NCBI GenBank assembly: GCA_041740515.1
Contig: JBGSLV010000043.1
Location: 27,594 to 91,593 of the forward strand
DNA: 64,000 nt
Direction: 5' to 3'
Source: Bdellovibrionales bacterium
GTDB lineage: Bacteria; Bdellovibrionota; Bdellovibrionia; Bdellovibrionales; UBA1609
Positions 9,095 to 17,673 of the stretch are shown here, piece by piece (position 1 is the first letter of the stretch; every line of letters starts with the position of its first letter). The translations under genes were made by a program, and so were the position numbers. Under the pieces are notes generated by a model. That model saw only the letters and a list, made by a program, of their open reading frames with translations, had not been told where the DNA came from and made no database searches.

Positions 9095-9799
9095 ATGAAT
9101 TTTTCTAATTTAGGATATCGTGGTCAATTTATTCAATTAGCCCCTTCTGCTCGTTTAGTGGCAGAGTCCCATTTTTTCATGCTGGGGACAAGTTATGGCA
9201 ATCCAAGTTTAATTGAAAAAATATTTGATGAATGCCAGAGGGAATATTTAGCGGCAAATCAAGATTTTGATGTCACATCACCTTTTGCTAAACTGACATG
9301 TTTAGACGGAATCGCTAATCGGATTTATACCACAATGCTATTTTTAAATGATTATATCTACAATACTTATAATAAAAATTCTTATATTGAAGGCTTTGAA
9401 TTTTTAATTTTACAGAAAATCAATCATAAAATTTATTGGTCACAGATAGGCTGGCCTCATATTTTTTTCATTTCTAATAACAATCTATTTGGCTTAGATC
9501 ACAGCTTAGGGCAACGATCTGTAAAACCTAATGAAGCTCCCACTTTACCCAATGCCTTGTTGGGCTTAGAAAACAGTTTGAATTTTAGAATTGAAAGTTC
9601 AAATTTAAAACATGGCGAAGAGCTGTTATTTGTAAAAAGCGAAACCCTGCCTTCAAACTTTTATAATCCAAAACAGTCAGATAATGATTTTTTAATTAAA
9701 AGTATTTACAAGCACAATCCTAAATCTGGGGCTTGGCTTGGTCGATTAAACTTTTCTGACGATCAGAAAGTTGTAAATAGTAAAGTTCAAAATCTGTAG
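9095..9799 (+). CDS. Hypothetical protein, possibly a catalytically degenerate PP2C-like fold
   Basis: Last gene of the FHA operon. The segment order EGFEFLIL..IYWSQIGWPHIFFIS..LFGLDHSLG..LLGLENS..GEELLFVKSETLP loosely mirrors PP2C strand order but lacks the metal-binding Asp residues. Weak call. Confidence 0.3.
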   Translation: MNFSNLGYRGQFIQLAPSARLVAESHFFMLGTSYGNPSLIEKIFDECQREYLAANQDFDVTSPFAKLTCLDGIANRIYTTMLFLNDYIYNTYNKNSYIEGFEFLILQKINHKIYWSQIGWPHIFFISNNNLFGLDHSLGQRSVKPNEAPTLPNALLGLENSLNFRIESSNLKHGEELLFVKSETLPSNFYNPKQSDNDFLIKSIYKHNPKSGAWLGRLNFSDDQKVVNSKVQNL

Positions 9800-11468
9800 G
9801 CTCAATAGCAATTTCATATGTAAGTGCGCTGGATAAAAAAGTTTTCCAATTACTTTGTGTTCGTAAATCCCTTTGCATATTTTGCAGATAATAAGATTTA
9901 AAAATTTTAAGCTGCGCCTCAGTCTGTTCAAAGCCAATTAGTTTCCAAGCATTGTAAAGAAGATCGTTTTGACACTGATTGGACCAGGTTTTAATCTCTT
10001 TAAAAAAGACACGCAAACAACCAGAACGAAACTCTTTCGTAAATTTGATATTTTTCTTTAAGCAGGATTTAGATGCTAACATCCATTTACTATTTTTCGT
10101 TTTTTGTGCCAAATTAAGTAAGGTCTCGCAGTCCTGATGCTGAACGGCCAGCTTTGCCATCCAATTGTTTAACTCTTCAGAGGTTTCATCATCTGAATTT
10201 AGGGACTTAAGATCATCTAAAATATCGGGGTACTTATAATCCTTTTGTCCCCAAATTTTATAACCCATTGCCAATTTTTGAATATCTACATCTTTAAATT
10301 GATCCTTGCCCTCAGAATTTAACCGGGTGGCCATACTCAAATAAAAATTTTTACGTTCGTCAGTTAACTGATCTTCTACATTTAATGACAGCTCTCGGCT
10401 CAGCAAAGTATTAAATATTCTTAAATCTTTATCCACAAACACACGATATTGATCATCAAGTATTAAATAAACAGGTGCAGAACCATAACGCCAATCCGGC
10501 CAAGAACTTTCAATCAGACGCGGTCTGGATTTTACAGATCTATCCTTTTTCGCAATGAGATAGGATTGGAAAGATTCTGTTGATGTTAATTCCGGAAAAT
10601 TTGCAGGATTGGATTTATCTTTGAAGCCATTATCAGCAAAATTTAAAAGCGTATGCCCTAGGTCTGCCAAAGAGATATTATTATCCAATTGAAAGCTTAA
10701 TTCACGATCCCTGGGTTTTGTGGCTGGTTTAAAAAAGGCTTCCACTTTAATGTTTCTTTCGCTTAAATTCACCATGGGCCAAGGATTGTTTTCGGTATGG
10801 TTTAAGAGGCCCTGAAGTCCCACAACTAAGATATGGGTATTATGCCATTTTTTTGTTTTTTTGAGTTTAAGAAACATGGTGTTTAGCTGATCTTCAAGAT
10901 CATCAAAGACTTTATCGTTATCGTTTAAGTTTTTAAGAGCTGACAAATAAATCATTGAAAATGTGGGTTTGTCAGTCGTTAGCAAAAAATTTATTGCCGC
11001 TTTGAACACTTCCGATAAACTTTGCGAATCCGGCGACATTGAAAAGTCATAAAAATTTTGAAATCCACGGTTTAGACCCTGATAACTTTTAATCGGATCC
11101 CCTTCCGAAAAAAATGCAGTTTGATAGCGCTTGTGCAACAGCACTTGAGCCAGATTTGCAGTATTAAACGAAAGCACATTGTCGGCGTGCCTTAAACCAT
11201 GATTGATAGGGTATTCTCCTGTCAATAAGCTTGCAATTGCAGCCGGAGACTGTAACGACGGCGTATAAGCATTTGTCATACGAACGAAATCATTGCATAA
11301 AATAAAAAATCCGCCTTCGCTCTTTTCTAGATACTCTGGACAAGAGACAGACCCCGCCCCAAATCTGTCAATGGCAACAATGACGTAGGACGGCGAGGTC
11401 TTGGGGTTTGAAAAACAACCAAAAAGACATAAAGTAAAACCTAAGGTAATACTGAATTTACATACCAT
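9720..11468 (-). CDS. Alkaline-phosphatase-superfamily (sulfatase-like) lipoprotein with a C-terminal helical domain
   Basis: AYTPSLQSPAAIASLLTGEYPINHG resembles the sulfatase CxPxR..LTG..HG block, but the Cys/Ser and Arg positions are not conserved. Start moved to ATG 11468 (MVCKFSITLGFTLCLFGC lipobox), which removes the overlap with the exbB-like gene. Confidence 0.5.
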   Translation of the reverse strand: MVCKFSITLGFTLCLFGCFSNPKTSPSYVIVAIDRFGAGSVSCPEYLEKSEGGFFILCNDFVRMTNAYTPSLQSPAAIASLLTGEYPINHGLRHADNVLSFNTANLAQVLLHKRYQTAFFSEGDPIKSYQGLNRGFQNFYDFSMSPDSQSLSEVFKAAINFLLTTDKPTFSMIYLSALKNLNDNDKVFDDLEDQLNTMFLKLKKTKKWHNTHILVVGLQGLLNHTENNPWPMVNLSERNIKVEAFFKPATKPRDRELSFQLDNNISLADLGHTLLNFADNGFKDKSNPANFPELTSTESFQSYLIAKKDRSVKSRPRLIESSWPDWRYGSAPVYLILDDQYRVFVDKDLRIFNTLLSRELSLNVEDQLTDERKNFYLSMATRLNSEGKDQFKDVDIQKLAMGYKIWGQKDYKYPDILDDLKSLNSDDETSEELNNWMAKLAVQHQDCETLLNLAQKTKNSKWMLASKSCLKKNIKFTKEFRSGCLRVFFKEIKTWSNQCQNDLLYNAWKLIGFEQTEAQLKIFKSYYLQNMQRDLRTQSNWKTFLSSALTYEIAIEPTDFELYYLQLSDRQKSLIDQAKPQI

Positions 11469-11501
11469 TTTAACATTATATTTTAGTTTCTGAGGACCAT
11501 C

Positions 11502-12137
11502 ATGGAAAATTTGGATTTTTTCACGGCACAGTTTTTTGTAGTAGCTCAATTTGGACACAATTTGACTCTTTATATTTTAATAGCGTTAAGTGTAGTAAGT
11601 GTGAGCTTTATTATAGAGCGAATTCTATTTTTTAACAAAATTAAAAAATCGCAAGAGCAATTTAGAAAAGCCTCCAGTGATGCGGTTTACAATAATGATG
11701 TGTCATCACTTAGATCTTTCACTGACATGAACACTGGTTACGAATCTGAAGCTATTAAACTAGGTTTTGGTTATATCAAGGAAGCTGGTACGGAAGGTCT
11801 GCAAGAGTATTTGGACAGTTACAAGCAGAATATCCGACCCACTTTAGATAGATACTTAAGTCCATTAGCATCTATTGGTTCTAACGCTCCTTTTATTGGA
11901 CTTTTAGGAACAGTCTTCGGAGTTATGGAGGCTTTTCAAAGTTTAGCAACTAACCAAAGTGACCCAGGTCTTGTTATGATTGGAATTTCAAAGGCCCTAA
12001 TGGCGACTGCTATAGGACTTTTTGTAGCCATACCTGCAACTTTTGCCTTCAACACATTTAACAAAAAGTCTAAAACGGTATTAAGTCACATCGATACTAT
12101 CCGTGACTTATGTGTCGCTCATAAAAAGAAAATCTAG
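11502..12137 (+). CDS. MotA/TolQ/ExbB proton-channel family protein
   Basis: Three TM spans and the conserved IGSNAPFIGLLGTVFGVMEAF motif. GAGGA 5 nt upstream of the ATG. Confidence 0.8.
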   Translation: MENLDFFTAQFFVVAQFGHNLTLYILIALSVVSVSFIIERILFFNKIKKSQEQFRKASSDAVYNNDVSSLRSFTDMNTGYESEAIKLGFGYIKEAGTEGLQEYLDSYKQNIRPTLDRYLSPLASIGSNAPFIGLLGTVFGVMEAFQSLATNQSDPGLVMIGISKALMATAIGLFVAIPATFAFNTFNKKSKTVLSHIDTIRDLCVAHKKKI

Positions 12138-12185
12138 TGCTGCAACAATTTATTTTTTTTAATAAATTTTTATCCGGGATTTAAA

Positions 12186-12593
12186 ATGGGACAAAGACTA
12201 AAAGATAGCGATGATGATTTAATATCAGATATTAACATTGTACCTTTTGTAGATATTTTACTTGTGATTCTAATTATATTTATGGTAACAGCCCCTGTTG
12301 TTATGCGCCCATCTTTGAAAATTCAACTTCCTGAAGCCTCTACGGGGGATAAATCTGACTTTACACCCTTTCAGCTGACAGTATCTTCAAAAGAAGAAAT
12401 TGTTTTAAATGGGGAACCCGTAGCTTTTGCCAATTTAAAACTTTTAGCAGCTGATTTCATAGCAAAAAACCCTTCAGGCCAAGCTGAAATTTCCGCAGAT
12501 AAAAATGTACCTCACGGGGATGTTATTGCCATCTTAGACCAAATCAAACTTGGTGGCGTCACTAAATTAGGTTTAAGAACTCGAAGTCAGTAA
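12186..12593 (+). CDS. ExbD/TolR biopolymer transport protein
   Basis: INIVPFVDILLVILIIFMV N-terminal motif. Follows the ExbB-like gene. Confidence 0.8.
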   Translation: MGQRLKDSDDDLISDINIVPFVDILLVILIIFMVTAPVVMRPSLKIQLPEASTGDKSDFTPFQLTVSSKEEIVLNGEPVAFANLKLLAADFIAKNPSGQAEISADKNVPHGDVIAILDQIKLGGVTKLGLRTRSQ

Positions 12594-12613
12594 GACTGAT
12601 GGTTTCCTTAAAT

Positions 12614-13078
12614 TTATTTCCAAAGCGCAAGTTGTGTATCTGAAGGAATTCCATTTGCAAAGTTTGCATTAACATTTATTTTGGTAGCGCCATTTCGACT
12701 AGCAATGACAACAGAATTGTTATCAAATATTTTAAGCTGATTTATAAAATTAAACCCAGGATCAAGATAAAAGTTTGTCCATAATGGTTTTGGAATTTTA
12801 TTATTTTTCAAATATTCAAAAGTATTTTCAATTGGTTTTTCTCCAACAACAATTAAAAAGCTATATTTTTTTGTACTTACAAGCTTAAGGGCATTGTCTA
12901 AACATTTTGTACATGCACTTTTGATATATAAAACATTTTGCTTTGAATTTGAAGTTATCAATTCCACTTTGTTGGTATCTGATACAGATTGCAGCAAATA
13001 CAAAACTTCATTGGCCAACACAAATCGTGTAGACAAAAGAATAACAAAAATAAAAACATAAAACTTAGAAGATGTCAT
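12614..13078 (-). CDS. Secreted thioredoxin-fold (TlpA/redoxin-like) protein with a CxxC motif
   Basis: Signal peptide. VLYIKSACTKCLDNA (CTKC) is followed by a redoxin-like layout (FLIVVGEKP ... KIFDNNSVVIASRNGATKI). It starts 5 nt downstream of the pilin-like ORF. Confidence 0.45.
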   Translation of the reverse strand: MTSSKFYVFIFVILLSTRFVLANEVLYLLQSVSDTNKVELITSNSKQNVLYIKSACTKCLDNALKLVSTKKYSFLIVVGEKPIENTFEYLKNNKIPKPLWTNFYLDPGFNFINQLKIFDNNSVVIASRNGATKINVNANFANGIPSDTQLALWK

Positions 13079-13083
13079 ACATC

Positions 13084-13935
13084 TTAATTACCATACACTG
13101 GCTTAAACATATACACACCGTTTTCAAATTCTCCCACCGACATTAAAGTATCACGCTTATTATTTGGAAATTTTAAAGTAAATATTTTAGTGACTGTTTT
13201 ATAGGGGGAAGTAGTCCCTGGATTACAAATAGTCCCTGCCGTAATATCCCCTGTAGGTCCAAGACAATCAAAGGCGTTACTATTACTCATAGTGGGATAG
13301 ATACTAGTTACCTGCACTCTTATTGAATTTAAAATATTGTTTCTTGAAAATTGGGGCTGATCGATAATTAAATCAGAAATATTATCGAAGATCAGATCAG
13401 TATTGTCAGGAGCTACAACTCCGCTGGCATTGGCAGCCCCGAGGTCTATAACAATTCTAGACCCTCTTCGGGTGTTATCCATAGCTTCATTTTTTCTCAT
13501 GAAAAACACACCTGTTGGCCTGAATTGACTTTGTAGGTTTTCAGGATTGCCCGTTGTTGTTTGCGTCTCTCTGGCAAAAAACATTAGAGTATCACCCGGT
13601 AATGCCCCCAAAGAGGCATCATTGGTATAATTAAAAGTTTTAACAAACCCAGATCCATCAGCGGCTCCTTGTAGTCCATTTAAACTGGGTAGATTCGTAA
13701 AATGAACATTAACAGCTTGGGCCGCAAGCATTTTCCAAGTGTAGATTAAGCGTTCTAAATCTTTTTCGGCATCCGAAATCTTAACCTGCTTCATCCCCAC
13801 AGTTACCATATTTAAGCTGAGTAAAGATGCTGCTAAGAATATGGTGGAAGCAATAACAGCAGTTACTATCAACTCTATCAATGTGAATCCTGCAGATCTT
13901 ATGCTTTTATCCGAGGAAAGATTAGATGGACTCAT
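13084..13935 (-). CDS. Type IV pilin/pseudopilin-like protein (candidate internal start inside the 649-codon ORF)
   Basis: MSPSNLSSDKSIRSAG/FTLIELIVTAVIASTIFLAASLL is a textbook prepilin cleavage/methylation N-terminus. C-terminal Cys pair: FDCLGPTGDITAGTIC. Confidence 0.55.
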   Translation of the reverse strand: MSPSNLSSDKSIRSAGFTLIELIVTAVIASTIFLAASLLSLNMVTVGMKQVKISDAEKDLERLIYTWKMLAAQAVNVHFTNLPSLNGLQGAADGSGFVKTFNYTNDASLGALPGDTLMFFARETQTTTGNPENLQSQFRPTGVFFMRKNEAMDNTRRGSRIVIDLGAANASGVVAPDNTDLIFDNISDLIIDQPQFSRNNILNSIRVQVTSIYPTMSNSNAFDCLGPTGDITAGTICNPGTTSPYKTVTKIFTLKFPNNKRDTLMSVGEFENGVYMFKPVYGN

Positions 13936-15033
13936 GTCTTTTAAGGAGGTTTTTATATCCACATTTTTTAAGGACTGATTATTTAGATTAGGAGTTAATG
14001 GATCTAATACAAATTTATCTTTTATCATAACTTTCTGCTTCTTTAGAAATTTCATAATGTCATTTTTTATTAATCCAAAGGGGTGAAATAAATCATAAAA
14101 ATATGACTTAGGCATACGTCCTTCATGATCATTGATGCCAAACTTATATCTTTCTTTTCTTTGGGGTATATAAAGCGATCCAAGAATTACATCCCAAACT
14201 GAAAAAATAACCCCAAAATTTTTATTAAAATGTATTGAGTTTCGACTGTGATGAACTTGGTGCATATGGGGGCTGATTAAAATATAGCTTATAAATCGGC
14301 CATAATTGATTCGAATATGCGTATGTCGAACATGTTGAATAAAGCTAAAAATAAAATAGGTTATAATTAAAATGGTTAATTTAGTTTCTGAACTTCTACT
14401 GATATTAAAGGCAGTAGATAACATCAATAATCCGGGTATTTGCATAATGGCGATATTTACATATCCGATAATATAGGCCACAGGATGGGTTCTGGATTTT
14501 GTAATCGGACTTAGTACGGTGGCTCTATGATGAGTCATATGAAAGTACCAAATCCATGGAACTTTATGCTCTAAAAAATGAGCCACAAAATTGGTAAAAT
14601 CAATATATAACATTTGCAAAAGTGCATACAGATAAATACCATACACAGGATCTAACATAAAAACGGGCTGTTCAAACCTAAAGTACGAAAAACCTGCATA
14701 GGTGGTAAAAAAGTGTGTAATGTTATTAACGTTTAATAACAAAAAACCAAAATATATGGGTTTATATAAAATCCGCATCGAAAAATATAAACAATCTTTA
14801 ATGAATTCTTTTCGATATCTTTGGGATAAAACAAAAGACTTTATACGTTTTGGGTACGTTTTGGATTTATAAGATTTATAAGCAAAATATAATAACGCCA
14901 CAACCGCGCTGGATAAAAACCAATGGATATTAAATGGGTATTCTTTTTTAAACAGAACACCATTCCCAATATACATAAATTCTTTGTAGGCTAACGACCA
15001 ATAGTTAAGAACCAAATTTATTAGAAACTCCAT
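13084..15033 (-). CDS. Uninterrupted 649-codon ORF: fatty-acid hydroxylase/sterol-desaturase-type membrane enzyme followed in frame by a prepilin-type protein
   Basis: His boxes HFLEH, HMTHH, HVRHTH and HQVHH plus FSVWDVILGSLY in the first ~330 aa. No stop codon before the prepilin N-terminus at codon 367. Confidence 0.6.
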   Translation of the reverse strand: MEFLINLVLNYWSLAYKEFMYIGNGVLFKKEYPFNIHWFLSSAVVALLYFAYKSYKSKTYPKRIKSFVLSQRYRKEFIKDCLYFSMRILYKPIYFGFLLLNVNNITHFFTTYAGFSYFRFEQPVFMLDPVYGIYLYALLQMLYIDFTNFVAHFLEHKVPWIWYFHMTHHRATVLSPITKSRTHPVAYIIGYVNIAIMQIPGLLMLSTAFNISRSSETKLTILIITYFIFSFIQHVRHTHIRINYGRFISYILISPHMHQVHHSRNSIHFNKNFGVIFSVWDVILGSLYIPQRKERYKFGINDHEGRMPKSYFYDLFHPFGLIKNDIMKFLKKQKVMIKDKFVLDPLTPNLNNQSLKNVDIKTSLKDMSPSNLSSDKSIRSAGFTLIELIVTAVIASTIFLAASLLSLNMVTVGMKQVKISDAEKDLERLIYTWKMLAAQAVNVHFTNLPSLNGLQGAADGSGFVKTFNYTNDASLGALPGDTLMFFARETQTTTGNPENLQSQFRPTGVFFMRKNEAMDNTRRGSRIVIDLGAANASGVVAPDNTDLIFDNISDLIIDQPQFSRNNILNSIRVQVTSIYPTMSNSNAFDCLGPTGDITAGTICNPGTTSPYKTVTKIFTLKFPNNKRDTLMSVGEFENGVYMFKPVYGN

Positions 15034-15061
15034 AGGTGTCCTTTTTAACTAAGTGGTCTAG

Positions 15062-16543
15062 TTATGAAGGTCCAACGCCATCATCACCATCTGAACCATC
15101 ATGGTGCCCACCTGCATCCCCACCATCACCGGAGCTGCCATCACCATCACCGTCGCCCCCATCTGAAGGCGGTGGCGGTGGCGGAGGTGTATTGCACTGG
15201 TTGGCCATAGTTCGCCCCCCACCTGGGCACCAACCTCTGGATGGTGGTCGATTGATATAGGGAGCCGTGCAAGTTTCGCAATCTAAAGTGTTTTCCGGGG
15301 GCTGTGGTTCTGAAAGTAAGTAAGAGTTCAAAGTTACATTATGAGCCACATCAACAGCTTTGACTTCGATAGCCATATTGCAACCCAAACTAAGATTTGA
15401 ATAATTTAAATAATATCCATCACTGGCACCAAGAGCGGGATGTGATTCTGCATTCCACGGGTTGTTAGGAGGCTGACCACACAAAGTCACTTGGTTGCAG
15501 TTGACCCAATTGCCAGAGACTGCGAAGTTTTGGCGAGACCCACCACCCACACATTCCGCAGGAGGGGAAGGAAATCCGCCGGCATATATCGAAGCATCTC
15601 GACAAATAAGTGTTATAGCTTTGCCACTTTTTAAATTCGGTGAAACCCTAATATCTGCATTTACACTTCTAGATGTTGCACAGATTGGAATCCCGTCGGG
15701 TATTATGTCTCCGCTGATTAAAGCAGCGTCGTTCACATCATCTGATGGTATTTTTGGGTAATTAAAAGCTGTCGAAACTCGACAATTATGAGCTACGTTT
15801 TGACTGTCCACATAGGAAGTTGTAACGGTCACATAGAACCCTATGTCCGCTCTTGATCCTGGTTCTGGTTGAACTTGATTGCCAAGTAATTGTTGGGCTT
15901 GGGTTAGATTTATATTTAATCCTGCTGGTCTAATAATCAAAGGAATTCCAGGGCAACTTAAACTGCCATTGGTTAAATCAATAGCTTGGATTCTAATGCT
16001 TGTACTTACATTTCTTAAATGCCCGACAACACGGTTCTCGGATAAACTAGCGGCGGCTGCGCCTGAGTACACAATACCAATAGGACTATTACAGTAGTTA
16101 CCGTTACTGTTATACAATGAATTTAATAACGACATTGAACCGATAAGAGCTTTATGATTTTTTAAAATCAAAGCCGGTCCAACATTAGTCCATAACTGAG
16201 CATTGGCATTCAACCAATCTTCAGATAGAGCAATAAAATTTAAAGTATCTTCACTGCCACCTGTTGGTCGGGTCATTACATTGCCTGTAACATTTAAATT
16301 ATTGACAGACTTAACAATACCTACTGACTTAATTCTATCCATTACGTCTTGTGAGGTTTGGCTACACACTTTAAAGTGCGAGTTTTGAATCTGTGACATT
16401 CTAGCCGTACTAAAATAGCCAAAAAGAACTATAACGCCAGACAAAAGAGCTATAGCTACAACTGATTCCGCTATAGAAAATCCATTTATATTATTAGTGA
16501 TACTAATTTTATTTAACGTATTAGTTTTATTAAAATATCTCAT
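15062..16543 (-). CDS. Large Cys-rich pilin-like secreted protein with a poly-Pro and Gly/Asp/His-rich tail
   Basis: N-terminus NNING/FSIAESVVAIALLSGVIVLF is prepilin-like (G-F-S-I-x-E). Many Cys residues. The C-terminus is PPPPPPPSDGGDGDGDGSSGDGGDAGGHHDGSDGDDG. Confidence 0.55.
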   Translation of the reverse strand: MRYFNKTNTLNKISITNNINGFSIAESVVAIALLSGVIVLFGYFSTARMSQIQNSHFKVCSQTSQDVMDRIKSVGIVKSVNNLNVTGNVMTRPTGGSEDTLNFIALSEDWLNANAQLWTNVGPALILKNHKALIGSMSLLNSLYNSNGNYCNSPIGIVYSGAAAASLSENRVVGHLRNVSTSIRIQAIDLTNGSLSCPGIPLIIRPAGLNINLTQAQQLLGNQVQPEPGSRADIGFYVTVTTSYVDSQNVAHNCRVSTAFNYPKIPSDDVNDAALISGDIIPDGIPICATSRSVNADIRVSPNLKSGKAITLICRDASIYAGGFPSPPAECVGGGSRQNFAVSGNWVNCNQVTLCGQPPNNPWNAESHPALGASDGYYLNYSNLSLGCNMAIEVKAVDVAHNVTLNSYLLSEPQPPENTLDCETCTAPYINRPPSRGWCPGGGRTMANQCNTPPPPPPPSDGGDGDGDGSSGDGGDAGGHHDGSDGDDGVGPS

Positions 16544-16588
16544 ATTAATATCTTCTCATAGATTTGACTTTTGTCTACACGTCATAAA

Positions 16589-16604
16589 GCAGACTAATGT
16601 CTGC
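16589..16604 (-). terminator. Short hairpin between two pilin-cluster genes (possible attenuator or weak terminator)
   Basis: On the minus strand: GCAGAC-ATTA-GTCTGC followed by TTTAT. The stem is only 6 bp. Confidence 0.25.
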
Positions 16605-16636
16605 AAATCATAAAGTAGAGATTTTACGAGTAAGAT

Positions 16637-17410
16637 TTAATAGTGTCTTACGGCAAAAGTCTGGGTTATTTTTTGTTTACCGGTACAATTAGGCGAACCA
16701 TTTACACAAAATGATACATTAAAACACTCTGTATGATTTGTCTGACAGTTAACGAAATCAGTAACTCCATTACCACCAAAGTTAGGCGGGATTATAACAC
16801 GAGCTCCTGGAACGGTTTGACTTAAGCCAGCAGCAACAATAGGCGTTGTGTTGGGTTTGGCAACATAAACACCTTTAGTATAGCTACGCATTGGTACATA
16901 ACTTAGAGCACCCGTTTGATTAAATGTCGATCTATCAACAGCTGCTTCAAGAGGATTCAAGGGAGCAATTTCTGGTTCGGGAGCAGGACCAGGAGTAAAA
17001 AATTCTTCATCAACCACACCACCAAAAGCATTGGCTTTAGAAACAATTAAAGCTAATGGATTTACTTTGTGATTTATAAAAGCTAAAGACTGGGCGTTGG
17101 CTAAACAAATTTTATTACCACGCATTTGATCTGGACTAAAACATCTATTAGCATCTAAACCGGTCCAACAGAGTTTAAAAATATTTGGATTTAGGCCAAT
17201 CTCAACACTAGTTCCAGGGCAGCCTGCACTCTGTTGCCCCAAATCGTATGCGATTCTTACAACGGGTGCAATGGACAGTGCTAGCTCGGTTTTTTCGTAC
17301 ATCTCGCGATTTAATACATCAGATTTAACTTTTGCTTCGTAAGTTGTATTTATATTTGAAATAATCAAAGTATTTAACATTAAAATTCCAAGTACGAACA
17401 AAATTTGCAT
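16637..17410 (-). CDS. Membrane-anchored or secreted Cys-rich hypothetical protein, first gene of the pilin-like cluster
   Basis: Start placed at ATG 17410 (MQILFVLGILMLNTLIIS), with AGAGGA 5 nt upstream. Hydrophobic N-terminus. Cys-rich motifs CPGT, CWTG, NRC, ICLAN, and CQTNHTECFNVSFCVNGSPNC. Confidence 0.5.
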   Translation of the reverse strand: MQILFVLGILMLNTLIISNINTTYEAKVKSDVLNREMYEKTELALSIAPVVRIAYDLGQQSAGCPGTSVEIGLNPNIFKLCWTGLDANRCFSPDQMRGNKICLANAQSLAFINHKVNPLALIVSKANAFGGVVDEEFFTPGPAPEPEIAPLNPLEAAVDRSTFNQTGALSYVPMRSYTKGVYVAKPNTTPIVAAGLSQTVPGARVIIPPNFGGNGVTDFVNCQTNHTECFNVSFCVNGSPNCTGKQKITQTFAVRHY

Positions 17411-17673
17411 AAATTCCTCTTTGGTTAAAATCAAATATTTTTCATATTATCTTTTCGTCTAATTTAAGAGTTTTGATAAAATTTTAAACGATACAATGTA
17501 TTAATTTGAAACAGATGGTTTAGAAATAAAAAAAAAGCCCTTAAATTAATACTTAAATATGAATAAAAATAACAAGTTAACTGTTTTACCAATATTGTTA
17601 CAAGAATGTTTCAAGATCCAGTTTATTTTCAAGCCTGGATTTCCAAGTTGAAGTCTTTCAATAAGTCGACACT

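Noticed and set aside
11469-11558. N-terminal 30-codon extension of the sulfatase-like ORF, and similar extensions at 38301-38444, 29458-29478, 31987-32037, 39457-39531, 41381-41464, 42510-42557 and 20490-20609
   Set aside because: The extensions overlap neighbouring genes or lack RBS-like sequence. Internal starts give proper signal peptides or lipoboxes, or canonical N-termini with GAGG-type sites upstream.
15036-15260. 74-aa plus-strand ORF rich in Pro/Ser/Gly
   Set aside because: It is the mirror of the GC-rich Gly/Asp/Pro tail of the minus-strand pilin-like gene.
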